Source of the DNA: the human T2T-CHM13v2.0 reference genome, Homo sapiens
Direction: 5' to 3' (one strand)
DNA: 64,000 nucleotides
Assembly (NCBI RefSeq): GCF_009914755.1
Contig: NC_060927.1
Below are positions 38,561-51,848 of the stretch, piece after piece. The notes below the pieces were generated by a model. It had not been told where the DNA came from. It worked only from the letters and a program-made list of their open reading frames with translations, and made no database searches. A program made the position numbers and the translations under genes. Numbering within the stretch: the stretch's first letter is position 1; each line of letters begins with the position of its first letter.

Positions 38561-40869
38561 GACACTTGGATATTCCATGGAGAGAGCCCTTAAGTCCTTG
38601 AGTCCAGGAGTCCTTGAAGACTCTATTTCAGTGACGCATAGTATATGGGTTATCCTCCTCGGGGGGTGCAGAAAAGATAGGGAGTGCCTTGCACATAGTA
38701 GCTGCTAAACAGATGTTTGTCTGCATGGTATTGTTGTGAGTACTGCCCCATAGATGCTGCTTTGAATCTAACTACAATCCCTTCTGTTGTGGTAAAAGCC
38801 TTTTTTCCCCTACTACCCTCTAGGCAACTACATTGCTTCATACCCATGATGACTCTGATGGAAAATTTCTCCGGAGTCTTTTTTGCCCGAAGCCCTATAA
38901 GGCAAAAAAGCCTTTTTCATGGGACATATTTCTGAGACCTTAGTCCATTTATTTGATTCTTTTTTATACCCTTCCCAGAGTGTCTCTCCAGCTCATGCTT
39001 GAGCTCTGGACACCCAAACTAAGCACAGCACTCCCCCACCCCCTCCAAACCCAAACTGACACATAGGGGAGGAGGAAGAGAGAGAGAATGTTTTGCAGGT
39101 TCTCCATGCTCAAGTCTGTTTTCCTACGCTGGTTGAATGCTTGCTTGGGAATGACAGACCTGTTTATCCACTGTGTCTCCCTTCCTCTTTAAACTGCCAG
39201 CTTGTCTGTGGTTGCATGTCATTAGGGGCTTAGAAATGCAGGCTGCCTGTGCACCAGAAAAGGTGAGGCTCACGTTCTAATGTGGACAATGAGCCACCAT
39301 TAGGAGCACGAGCTATCATTCCATAATCATACACACAACTTAAGGTGGCCAGTGAATCTCTGGGGAAAGCTTCCTTAATGAACTGTAACATGGCTGGTCA
39401 GAGTAGCAGACTAACAATGAAACAGGAAACGTGGCTTCCACCTGTAACGAGGTTGGCAGGAAAGTGGGTGCTTTGAGTGGTTATCCAAGGAGCTTCTGCT
39501 TCAGCACTGCAGAAGAGAGACACATTCACCAGGGGCTCTGGAGAAGCACATCTGAACTGGACAATGCAGGGCCCAGGGGAAAGGGTGGTTCCCAGAGAGC
39601 GGAGAGGCTGATCACTGTCGCCAGATGAGTATTTTCAGCTTGAGGAGATTTTACCTTTTATTTTATTGAGTACACTGTGGTACAAGCTGCTTTAATGTCC
39701 ATTGCATTACCACACTTGCGAATGCTTGATATCTGATATGGAAAAATCAAGGTATGCCACTGATGTTTTAATTTGCCTTTCTCTGACTATGTGTTAAGTT
39801 GAACAGCTGCACATGGGTTTTTTAATGACTACATAATATGCTAACATATGGGCACATCAAAACTTGTTTGGAAATTTTCCTCCGCCAGGCCATTTGCATT
39901 TTTCCAGTTGTTCACTGTTGTAAATCCAAGCAGTGGCAAGTTCAAAGCAGTGAACATCTTGCCCTCCCCGCCTTAGGTGGGGACTGATTGCATTGCTCTT
40001 CCCCATCACTTTGGCCTGTGCTTAGGACTCCTCTGCCGTCTTACAACCTAGGGGTGCCACTCACTGTGATTCTGGGCAAGTTGCTCCTCTTCTCAAGCCG
40101 CAGCTTCCTAAGATAAAAAAGTGACATTTCTAGAATGTTCCAGCCTCACAGTGCTGTATTCTCACAGGGCAGTCTATTAAGTCATCAAACTCCCTTTCCT
40201 CCTCTGGCAAGGAGGACAGAAAGCCACCTTCCTGTCAACCCTAGATCATAGTACTTAGAGCTCGTAGAAGAGTCTGCCAGGAAGTTAGGACCTCAGACTA
40301 TGACGTGGTCAATTGTTAAAACATTTTATTTGATTTTTAAAAACTCAGAAATAATATATGATTTTTATATTAATGCTATAAAGTATTTAATGTTGTCCAA
40401 GTGCTTTCTCTTCTGATTTGGGAAGCAGAGGTTAAGAGCATGGGCTCAAGAGGCAGAGGCCTCGTTACCCTGGGCAAACTTCTTATCTGTGCCTATTTCT
40501 CCACCTGTAAAATGGAGATAATAACAGCACCTCAGAAGATAAGTTTGAGGGGTTTAAAATCTGTGCCTGACACACAGTAAGAGCTCAGTAAGAACTCAGT
40601 AAACAGTATCTCTCAGTAGTATCCGAATTTCATAGGAATCTGATGACCTCCCTTTTTATAGCCCCTGACAGGATCCCTGGGATCTGGGAGTCCTCACTCA
40701 TGAACACTTTAGACAGAATGAATGAAACAGGAAGAAAGTGAGCCACAGAGAGGTCACGGGACAGCTGGCTTGTGTCAGTGGCAAAACTTGAACATCGATA
40801 TCGTGGTTTACCTCTTTACCTGGGGCTGTCTCCTTTTCGGTCTATGTAAACCTACAGGCAGTTAAGAGC

Positions 40870-41035
40870 AGCAGTTTTCAATGTGGGGAGTTGGAGGAGA
40901 GGTCACAAAATCCATTTAGTGGTTCATGAGCAACATAGCAACGAAATCTACTAAAATAGGAGATAGAGAGGGGCTCATCAGAGTAAGATGTATTTCTTAC
41001 ATGGCTCAAAGTCAAAACAGTTTGGAAAACATTGA
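40870..41035. mobile_element. Possible hAT-family DNA transposon fragment
   Basis: cagcagttttcaa...tttggaaaacattg TIR-like ends; family not determined. Confidence 0.4.
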
Positions 41036-41129
41036 GCTTGGGCATCTGCCTCAAGCAAACTCAAGTCCGAATCCTGATGCTTTAAGCTACTGAAAGGTGT
41101 CTGACACTAAGTGAAAATGAGCAAGATGG

Positions 41130-41400
41130 TAATGAGGATGACGATGATACAGATACTGTTGACTGTGGTGTTGATGATGATGGAGGATAGCTAGCATGTA
41201 TTGAGTGCTTGGGAGGCACCAGACACTCTTCTAAATATTGACTCGTCAGTCTTCACTACAACTTAATGGGATGGGTGCTGGCATTAGTTCCATTTTTCAG
41301 AAGAGGAAGCTGAGTCACAGAGATGGTAAGTGATCGAGATACCCAAGATCATAAAGCTCTGGCTCCAGAGTCCATTCCTTAACTACAGTGCCATCCTGCT
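41130..41400 (-). mobile_element. MIR
   Basis: tattgagtgctt...ccatttttcagaagaggaagctgag...cccaagatcata. Confidence 0.75.
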
Positions 41401-42813
41401 TCACTAGTAGGTTCAATAAGTATAACCTGTTTTTGTTATGATTTAAGACAAGGGCAAGACTAAAGGAGGCATCAGTGACCCTGGCCTTGGACACTCCCAG
41501 ACCCCCATGTTGATTGTTCTGTGCTACTGGGAGTTGGGGGTGGGGTGGCATGGAGACACAGCGAGGCTTACCTAATCTCTAGTTTGCCTGGGGAATGTGA
41601 GAGGAGAAGGTCCCAAATGGCTTTAGGCAGGCACCAGAAAGAGGAAAAATGAAAACCATGTTAAAGATAAATCGAGCCGTTCTTAAAAGTTAGAAAGTAG
41701 ACTTAATTAGGACCAGCTCTCCCTGTCCAAAACCACAAAAGTTAAAATGGGAAAATATTTCCAGAAATGCCTATTATGTGTTGTTAAAAAAATATCTAGA
41801 GTAAAATATATGTTTTATTTTATACATGCCTCCAGCTAAAAATTATGCCTTTACTCACTCACACAGAAGATGAGAATGCAAACCCAAATCTAGACAGCCT
41901 CGAATCAAATTTAGGTTGCTTGCTAGTGTTGCAGTTTTCTATCGGCCAGATCTTACTCAAGCTCCTCAAAGGAGAAAAGAGGGGAAAAGATGAAAAAGAC
42001 AAGAGAGGGGTGGGGAGAGAGCCTTTCCTGACAGGCTGTGGCATGTCAGCGTTTGCTCCTATTCCATTAACTGGCCTTCTCTGTCGTCTTGCCTTGGTGC
42101 CCATGACGGCACATCTTTCATCACTGCGTCTGCTGTCCTCCTCTGAACTCATGGAAGGGCCACATGTAATTAGATGAGGTCAGCTGGGGGTGGGGGAGGA
42201 GAGCCAGGCTCGCTGCTCCTAAACAGGACCTCCAAAAAATCAGATACAGGGTCGCTCCTGTTCACTGCCTCATCAGCAAGGTCATTAATTGGCCCAGATT
42301 TCTCAGAGAGCATTTAAAGATGATTCATCTTAGGAAAGGCTAACCCCTGTCTTCCAAATGCTTGGCCTTTTTTTTTTTTTTTCTTCTTCTTTTTAACTAC
42401 TGTGTAGGAAAACGTCTTTAACTTGATTACGTTTTGAAAAGTGATTTCTCCATGACAAATCAGTACCCTTTTTGAAAACGTACCTTGTCCCCAGAGACGT
42501 TCTTGCTCGGCATTTCAGCGGGTCTCCAGGAGTTCACGCTCTGACCCCCGGGATTCATCAGTATCGCCAAGGCTCTTTTGTTATTGTCCTGAAGTTTACA
42601 CGAGCTCCCCAAATTAAAGATGAAGGTCATTTATTTATTGTTGTTAGCCTGTCTCCCATTGTACATGAGCAGTTGGGTGTTTTATTCTTCAGAAGCTCTG
42701 TTTTCGAGGTGTAAGTTCAATATGGAGGCTCCACTGCACGCTGAGGATGCAAGATGTCCAGATTACATGATAACCCAGGGAAGAACTAACACACTTTTCT
42801 TTTATCATTTTAG

Positions 42814-42885
42814 TTGAGAAATGCTATGGTGAATCGAAAGACGGGGAAGTTTTCCATGGAGGTGAAGAAGACAGTGGACAAAGGG
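42814..42885 (+). CDS. CACNA2D3: CACNA2D3 coding exon (~19), LRNAMVNRKTGKFSMEVKKTVDKG, phase 0-0
   Basis: tcattttag acceptor and weak GGG|gtacat donor; 72 nt. Confidence 0.96.
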
Positions 42886-42964
42886 GTACATTTTTCTCAA
42901 ACATTTTTGCTGCTTAATTTAAAACAAACCACTGTGAAAAATTAGCTTTGAAAGCTATATCTGG

Positions 42965-42970
42965 AATAAA
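42965..42970 (+). terminator. Intronic AATAAA poly(A) signal 20 nt after the read-through stop codon
   Basis: AATAAA followed by a U-rich downstream element (tcatttttctcttgtcttt). Confidence 0.55.
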
Positions 42971-43145
42971 TATCTTTCGCTGAGATCATTTTTCTCTTGT
43001 CTTTACTTATCTCAAACAAGATTCATGTAGTACTGTTAACCTGATCATAGTGTGTCCATTTATTTTTATTTATTTCTGAAGACGTCACTTAGCAGACTAA
43101 CCATGTTTTCTTTTCTCTACGACTTTTTTTTTTTTTTCAATCTAG

Positions 43146-43207
43146 AAACGGGTTTTGGTGATGACAAATGACTACTATTATACAGACATCAAGGGTACTC
43201 CTTTCAG
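43146..43207 (+). CDS. CACNA2D3: CACNA2D3 coding exon (~20), KRVLVMTNDYYYTDIKGTPF(S), phase 0-2
   Basis: poly-T tract plus tctag acceptor, CAG|gtagag donor; 62 nt. Confidence 0.96.
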
Positions 43208-44591
43208 GTAGAGCTGACCATAATACATGGACATTCCATCAGACCCATCAGTTGTGTTTGTACAAAACCTGCTGACACTCTCAGAGCTCATCATCTGAAG
43301 ATAACCAAACACCCTGCCAAAAGGCTGGAAAGAGTGAGGAAGGGGCTTTTCCCAGGCTGCTTTTGTTTTCCAGAAGGGGGGGAGATGGTTCAGGCTCACC
43401 TAGGAGAACTCACTCAATCTGCCATGGCTTTGCATCTCATTGTCAAGCAAATATGCTTTGGGGGTTCCCGCTAAGGGTGAAGACAAGTGCAGAGGGTTAC
43501 CAGGGTCCTTAACTATTGAACTTGCTGCTTTGTGAGTTCCATTTCACCTTTTATTTCCATGACCAAAAAAACAATCCTTCAAACCTGGAGGTGGCATATC
43601 CATTCCTACATGTTGTGCCTCTGTTTCCATTTCTCTGAACTGTCCTTGTGTGCTTGTCTACTTTTGAATCCTGTTGTTTCTCTTTGTAACAGTCCTGAAA
43701 AATGGCTTTGCCTCATTGGCTGCTTTCAGATGTGTATGTAGCATTCTAAAGTTTCCCACTACTATTAACTTAGTGTTGTAATTCATTTTGTAAAAAATTA
43801 TTTCAGTAAGCCTGCTTCATATTCCTGAACTGGCGTCTCAGAGCTAAGGAGAGAAGGAGTTTACTGACTGTAGAATAATCTGAAAAATAAATTCTAGCAT
43901 TGTTGTCCTAAACTGCCAAGGATCATGGGTGGATTCCATGTGGAACCAGGAGCAAATAAGGACCACATGAGCTGCTAAGTGGGTTTGCCAAATAGTCTCT
44001 CTAACGTAAGGGACTATGTTTTAAAAACATAGTCTCTTGCTTTTGATAAAAACGGAATGGATCTTAAATCAAGCCAGTGAGTGTGAAAAACCTATTAGAC
44101 TAGGGAGAGGATTGGGCAAAGAAGCCTGCAACACAGTAATGTGGTTACACTCATGTAGTAGTGGAAGTTTTTGTTTTTGCCCTTGAGCAGGGGTCAATTT
44201 CCCGAGTCCCAAAGTCTAGGGGCTGGAGAGACCCATCTCTGGCTGAATGCAGGACAAGGGTGTATAAAGAGCAGGGCTCATGGTCCTTGGGAGGGCATCT
44301 GAGAGAAGGGCTTGCTGGAAGGGCGAGCAGTTTGCCACAACTCTGAAAACACAAAGAGTAGCCAATTGCTGCTGGCATTTCTGATCAGAAGTTACTTTGA
44401 AGCAGCTGATTGAACCTAAGAAAAACCAACACCAGTGATAATCAGTGGGGTTTTGAAAGTAAACAGTTGGAAAAATTGTTGACAGATCATAAAATGGAAA
44501 TGTGAAAAATGGAAAATTAAAAAATGTTAGCCCACAAGTCTATTCGAGTCGATGCCAGGGATTTCAAGATTTGCTTTGTCTCTCTGCACAG

Positions 44592-44659
44592 TTTAGGTGT
44601 GGCGCTTTCCAGAGGTCATGGGAAATATTTCTTCCGAGGGAATGTAACCATCGAAGAAG
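44592..44659 (+). CDS. CACNA2D3: CACNA2D3 coding exon (~21), (S)LGVALSRGHGKYFFRGNVTIEE(G), phase 2-1
   Basis: ctctgcacag acceptor and AAG|gtaaga donor; 68 nt; NVT N-glycosylation sequon. Confidence 0.96.
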
Positions 44660-44882
44660 GTAAGATACTGCCTGGCTCGTCTTATCCTTTGGTGTGGGAG
44701 GAAAGCTCGGGAGCTAGCTACTGAGTTAGCTGAAGAACTTGTTCATCTGTCCGCACCTGTGACCAGTCCCTTGGACATTCCACTCAAACGAATGCCTACT
44801 TGATAATTCTTAATACCTTTCTTCTTCCCTGGTGTGCCTAGATTTCAGAATGACAGGAGTTCCGATTCATGGTTGTGATTTA

Positions 44883-44975
44883 ATTTACTTATATTCTACT
44901 TTCATCCACAAAGCTGTTGACTATGAGTAACTCACAGTCAACAGCATTATGGATGAAAGCAGAGTATCAGTAAAT
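44883..44975. repeat. 93-bp near-perfect inverted repeat (palindrome)
   Basis: 45-46-bp arms with 6 mismatches, centre gagt-a-actc. Confidence 0.9.
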
Positions 44976-46819
44976 AGGAATCATCCCTCAAGTATATTCT
45001 TCTCATACATAAAAATCAGTACTTGGGAGAAATACAAATTTATGAAATAACTCATGCCCAGGGGAAACCATGAAAACAGAGATATGAGAGCCTTAGTCTC
45101 TCCTACACAGTTGAGCCACGTATTTCACTTGTGTTTCATGGCAGCCCTGGCCCAAAGGGAAATGTGACCATTTAAATGATTTACATAGGTCAGAGGGAGT
45201 AAGTAGCACCTTGAAGTTCCCAGACCCTCTTATCTTCATAAAGCACAGAGGCACAGTAAACTCTCAGTAAACAGGAGCAGTTGTTATAGCTCTTTAAATT
45301 TTAAAATTGCTGTCACATGTGCTATCCTTTTCATCTGCCAGCTCCCTAGTAGTTCAGAGAGGTTACCTGTCCCAGCATTAGGAGCTCACAGGGGTGGTGG
45401 ACATTGTTTCTGAAGGGCACCACTCCCTGAGTGGCCTTGAGTGACTCACTTGCAGGTCATTAGGTTTTGCATGTCCACAGAGGAGGAGTGGGCCCAGAAC
45501 AGTAGTCTTTCTGGATGTCTTTAGGGAGGACAGCCAGGAATGGGAAGGTCAATTATAAGCAAAGTTTTAATTGGTCGGAACTGATTACACATGTATGTGG
45601 TGAGTTTCCAGAAGCTGGGCCATCCATGGCGCCCTCAGATGATGCCACAGGGCGTGAGGAAGGAGATGGATGTTCCCTGAGACGCCAAACCCCTAGATAG
45701 CCTCTGATTTACTGCCAGTGGTCCCTGCCCGTGTTGTTTCAGGGATGTTGGTTTGTGCTTCCCAAGTGCTTGTGAGATCGTATAGGGGCAGAAAGGAGAG
45801 TAGAGAGGCTCACTGTGAGCTGGGCACAACCCAGAGTGTGCCCACCAAAGAGCTAACCATGTGGTCTCTCTTCCCAGAGACATGCCAGAGAACACAGGCA
45901 ACTCTGTGACTTGAGCAAGACACTCTGCAGGATGTGTTTTCAGGATCATGTTTTCACTTCTAGAATTTTCTGCCTCTGTGGGCCATGTTGGCTCTGTGGA
46001 CATCACTGCCCATGAAGCCAGAAAATTCATGTCTAAGCCATGTGAGGTCACGCTGAAGAAACAACTCATGGTCAGAACAATAGGAGAGGTTATTAAGAGA
46101 TATTAACTGCCTCTCATGCGTCTGCTCCCTTGGTCAATCCTCAATACATGGGCCTGTCCCTCCCTTCCTCTCTCTCTCTCTCTCACACACACATACATAC
46201 ATACATGCATGGAGACACAGATACACACAGTTGTTTTGCATTGTCTTTTGGATTCTTTTTCAGTCACTATCTTCCTGTATGTTCCACAGCTGTGAGGCTA
46301 AGCAGTCACAGAGAATTTCAGAGCTAACTGTAACCACTGTGCAAAAAATTAGCTCAAATCCTCAGCAAGGGGGAGAGTGGCTGCTTATCCACCCAAATGA
46401 GGTCATATCTTCCTCTCTCTGTTGGTCCTCTGTAAATAAAAAGACTGACAATCCTGCCAGCTTTGCTGAGTAATAGAACTTAAGAAAGCTGCTTCCCCTT
46501 GGGCCAAATAGTAGAGGATCTTGTCATCTCTCTAGGAGCCGTGGTGTATTATTGTTCTCTTCTGTTCTTGGAGAGGGAAGGAGTTCCTTGGGGTTGGCAA
46601 CCATACTTCTATAGGATCTTCAATAAGGAATAACTGCCTACAGAATGTGGGAATTTTCCACATGCTTTGCCAGTGCCAGAGATTACAAAGGCGGCAAATA
46701 GGTAGCTTTTGCTAAAAAATATAAAAAGTCATTACCAAGATTGAAGGTGTGGGCTATAATTCTACCTGCTGAAATTGTTTCTCTTATGAATCTTTTAATC
46801 TTTTTCAACACTTTGTATC

Positions 46820-47117
<298 letters not shown>

Positions 47118-47469
47118 ACTTTGTATCTTTTATATGTATTGCACATGATAATTGTTCAACAAATTAGAGCTTATGTCATTATTGTCAACAGTTCCAGTCA
47201 TCAGTGGATATGATTTTTATCAGAAGGACCAATGTCAGAGGTGAGAGAATTAGAAAGCAATTAAATTTCCTTGGTGCCCTAGGAACCCAGAGAAGAAGCA
47301 GTCAAAAAGATCTTCCCGATAGATCTCATCTTTTCTGAGTGTCATTTATAGGTCCTGTGAAATAGAGCCAGAGATGATTTTGTAAATGAGGTTGGGAGGA
47401 TGGGAACTGCAACTAGAAAAAGACTTGACACTCTAAACCCAGTTTTCTGGGAAGGTACAGTCCCTTCTC

Positions 47470-47870
47470 AGGGCCTTTGCACTTGTTATTCCTTCTGCCA
47501 TGAGCACCCTTCCTGCCACCTACATGACTCTTCCTTTCCTCATTCAGGTCACTTTCTCAGTGAAGCCTTTCCTGACCTCCATAGTTACAATGGAATCTCT
47601 CTCTCTCTCTCTCTCTCTCCTCTCTCTCCCTTCAACCCTCCTTATCTCTTGGTCCTCCCTGTTCTTGTTCCATGTTCTCTTTTCCTTTTTAGCCCTTGCT
47701 ACCATCTGATATTCTCTAAAGTTAAATTTTAATATAATTTACTATCTCTTTTCTGCCACTAGAAATTAAATACAATGAAGGCAGTAATTTTCGTTTTGTT
47801 TTTTCACTGCTATATTCTCAGGGCCTAGAATCATACCTGGCATATAGCAGATGCTCAGTAAAAGTATGGA
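47470..47870 (+). mobile_element. LINE-2 3' end containing (CT)n
   Basis: cagggcctttgcacttg...ttcactgctatattc...cctggcatatagcagatgctcagtaaa. Confidence 0.75.
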
Positions 47871-49076
47871 AGAAAGGAAGGAATGGGAGGAGGGCAAAAG
47901 GAAGGAAGGAAAGTTGTTTGGTTGGGAAGAAGGAAAGGAAAAAAAGAAGAAAGGCTGCACAGATAGATGGATTGTACTAGGGACTAATCCCTGTCCCATT
48001 TAACTGTTTTCTGGCACTTGTGAGCTATGCAGTATTACTTGTATCTCATGGTAGATATAACTCAAAGAGCTGACATGACATCCCCAAGGTCATTCAGCCT
48101 GTAGGTGTTGGAGCGTGGGTATGCCCACTTGGATCATATGCAATGATGTTCATTCTAATGTATTCTCTACTTTCTGTAAAATCAAGCAGAATTGTGTGAT
48201 AGGTCTAGTATTTTGCTACTTCTTTTATAGATTTGTGTTTGAGATGGAAACTGGAGTCCTGAGTGCAGTAAGATACTATCAGTCATTTAAGAAACTAACT
48301 TCCCAAAACAGGCTATAAGCATCATGGGAGTTCCCGAGGTCATCATTCAGAAGTGTATGTCTGCTGATAACCCATTAAGATCAAGCCATGTGAAAGTGCA
48401 ATGAAACAGTTATCCTTGCAGAGTTAGGATGGTCTGGAACCTTCTATTAAAACTCCCAGATTCCATGCAAGCCCCAGCTCCCCTAGTTTCCTTCCCAGGC
48501 GGATGACCGTTTTCACTTAGGATCCTGTAACAACTAGCAATCTTTGCTGCTCAAAAACAGTTGAGTATTGACGACTTCATATTGTTCAACCTATGATTTC
48601 ACCCTCACAACCACACATCAATTAGGGACTACTATTCCTGCTTTTCACATGAAGAAACTGACGTTTAGAGAAGTAAAATAACCTGTTGACATCACACAGG
48701 AGGTCAGTGGCCTAGCCCGGTTCCCAACTTAGACTAAATGGAGCACCAGAGAGAGTGTTTCTAAAGTCCTGTTAAGCTTCTCCCTCCGGACTCATTTGTG
48801 TATCCTCTATCTTCAAGGGGTTAAGGTTTTCCTGGGATGAACAGCCAGGGAAGGTGGCAGTGCTGGGCTGAGTGAGGTAGAGATGGGGAGAGAGTCCTGC
48901 CTGGAAGGGAACTCGTTTATTTTCCTCAGAAAATAAACCTGCTGCTCCAAGGCAGGTCCCTTAGGGTTGATGTCTACCCTTAACCCACCCCGCAGCCCTA
49001 CCCTAGAATATTTGAAGCACACAGGAGGACTGGGGGAGTGATACTTATTCATGAACCCCTTCTCCTTGACCCCCAG

Positions 49077-49122
49077 GCCTGCATGACTTAGAACATCCCG
49101 ATGTGTCCTTGGCAGATGAATG
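49077..49122 (+). CDS. CACNA2D3: CACNA2D3 coding exon (~22), (G)LHDLEHPDVSLADE(W), phase 1-2
   Basis: ccccag acceptor and ATG|gtaaga donor; 46 nt. Confidence 0.95.
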
Positions 49123-49284
49123 GTAAGAATTAAACCATCCCTCCTTGACCATGGCATCCTTCATTGCCCTCTTTGATTCCACATGGTTTGTGCTCCCTTG
49201 CCCAGTTTTCCTGATTCCAAGGCAAAGGAAGCAGATGCTGTAAATATTGACATGCTCTTGTTTTGGGCCATGTCATGTTCTTAG

Positions 49285-49382
49285 GTCCTACTGCAACACT
49301 GACCTACACCCTGAGCACCGCCATCTGTCTCAGTTAGAAGCGATTAAGCTCTACCTAAAAGGCAAAGAACCTCTGCTCCAGT
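49285..49382 (+). CDS. CACNA2D3: CACNA2D3 coding exon (~23), (W)SYCNTDLHPEHRHLSQLEAIKLYLKGKEPLLQ(C), phase 2-1
   Basis: gttcttag acceptor and AGT|gtgagt donor; 98 nt. Confidence 0.96.
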
Positions 49383-50199
49383 GTGAGTATGCTTTCAAAA
49401 GTGTGCTGTGCCTTCAGGGGTGATGGTGGGGAATGAACTCAAAACATTTTTTGGCCTCACTTGTTAAGGGAAGCTTTGCTTTGGCAGAGATTATCAGTCA
49501 CATGAAATCTAATCGAATATCTGCTTCCTGTAGGAACAGGAGAAAGAATGTGGATTATGGAAAATTGTACAGAATCCCCAATCCTGGTTTAGCTGTTTGC
49601 ATTGGGCTTTGTCCCCTTCTGAACCATTTAGTCAAGCAACTGAATAGGATGAAAATGTTACAACTGGGAAGGGACTGTAAATATTTGCATATCTCCCTTA
49701 TTTTGCAAATGAGAAACCAAGGCTGGAAGTAGGATTGTGCCTCATTCAAGGCTATATCTAGATCTCCTGGTTCTCCCAAGAGTAGGGTCACGACGGGGAC
49801 ACGTAGCCTCTCAGTGTGGTACATGCTGAGTGCCCTGCCTACCAAGCATCCCCTTCTAGGGGAGTTCAGTGAGTAGGAAATCTCTCAGCTGGTGCAAAAG
49901 AGGGAAGAGCAGTGGCAGCCCTGGATGTCCCTCAAAAGCAGGAACAGACCCTATACTCTCACAGTTTGGGCAGGGGAGAGCCACTAAAACTGATCATGAT
50001 ATCTGCCCCCACCTCTAACAAGCATCATGTATTCAATGACCTGAAAAGTGTTTTACATATCTAATCCTATGAGAGGTGTAAGGAGATTATCCAGCTACTA
50101 AATGACATCTCCATAGAATGGATTTACTTTTTGGGATATGCCCTGGTGGGGAAAGGATCAGATGGACATCCTGTGAGCCCAATGTGTCATTGTCTTTGA

Positions 50200-50720
50200 C
50201 TTTTTAAGGACATATTTAAAAAACAAAAGTATAGAGACAATATGAATAATACATTTGTAGTCACCATCCAGCTTTATGCAGTCGTAATATTTTGCCACAC
50301 TTACTCCAGGTGCTTTTTAAGGAATGAGACATTATAGATAAAGTTGAAGCCCCTGGGTCCCTGCTCAGCCTCGTTTCCCTCCCAAAGAGAATGACCTTCT
50401 GTATTTGTTCATTATTCTCAATAATTTAATGCTATTCCTACATATGTAGGTATCTATAAACAATATGTAGCATTAATTTTATTATTTTAAAATATATATT
50501 AAACTTTATGGTATATTGTATGAATTACTATATTATAATACATACAATATGTGTATAAAGTATATATGTACTACAACTTGTGTTTTCACCCATTATATTT
50601 TTGAAATTTGTGTTGATCATTTAGCTTTAACGCATTTATTTGCATTACTATATAGAATTCCACTACATAACTTAATATATTCATTGTCTTACTGATAAGT
50701 TATTTCTAGCTTTCGCTTTT
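50200..50720 (-). mobile_element. Old L1M 3' fragment
   Basis: AT-rich degenerate L1M 3' UTR-like sequence; boundaries approximate. Confidence 0.55.
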
Positions 50721-50939
50721 CAGCAAAGCTCTTTTTTTTTTTTTTGCCCCCAGTCAAGGTGAGGACTGTCCTGTCCCATGTGATAATTAGTTATCCTCCT
50801 CTGCAGAGTGATTTGAAAACTCTAGGATGCCTCTCCTAGACTTACCATGTCCTCTCATTCCTTGGCCTCTTCCACAGAGCTCTACCAAGAGTCCCTTTGG
50901 ATGGCAACAGACATTCTCCTTTAAAATGAAACAATTCTT

Positions 50940-51281
<342 letters not shown>

Positions 51282-51754
51282 TCACAAAATAAGAATCCCA
51301 GGGGTTATTAAGTTATGGTATCTCTTTCCCATGTGACAACAGGCTGAGAATTTCAGGGTGCTAAAGAATTTCAGTTTTAGGAGAGGACAGAGATGGGGAT
51401 GATGACAGCCAAGTGTTCAAGGAGTACTGGCTTCTGGTCTCCAAATCTGGGACTCAGCCTGCTGGTCCATGGCAGGAACCACGAGATGGGGTGAGAAAGC
51501 AAGAAACTGAAGTGTGAGACACCCAAGGCTCTCAGTTGACTACCTTCTTGCCCAAATGCTTTGGAGGCTCCTGTGTTGCAGGCATACCAGGTGTCAGAAC
51601 TGTTTCATATTTTCAACTAGTGGGAACTTAACTCATAAAGCAACATGCCGCATGAGAAAGTAGCCTGCAGATGCTGCACAATGAGCCCATGAGTGCCTCT
51701 CATGCCCCTCTTCCAGCCCTGCTGAAGCATCCTCTTGTCTGTCCCTCCCAACAG

Positions 51755-51848
51755 GTGATAAAGAATTGATCCAAGAAGTCCTTTTTGACGCGGTGGTGAG
51801 TGCCCCCATTGAAGCGTATTGGACCAGCCTGGCCCTCAACAAATCTGA
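51755..51848 (+). CDS. CACNA2D3: CACNA2D3 coding exon (~24), (C)[30 protein letters not shown](E), phase 1-2
   Basis: cccaacag acceptor and TGA|gtaagt donor; 94 nt. Confidence 0.96.

Noticed and set aside
44524-44724. ORFs overlapping true exons (also 63416-63673)
   Set aside because: These are real exons plus flanking intron in the same frame, not separate genes
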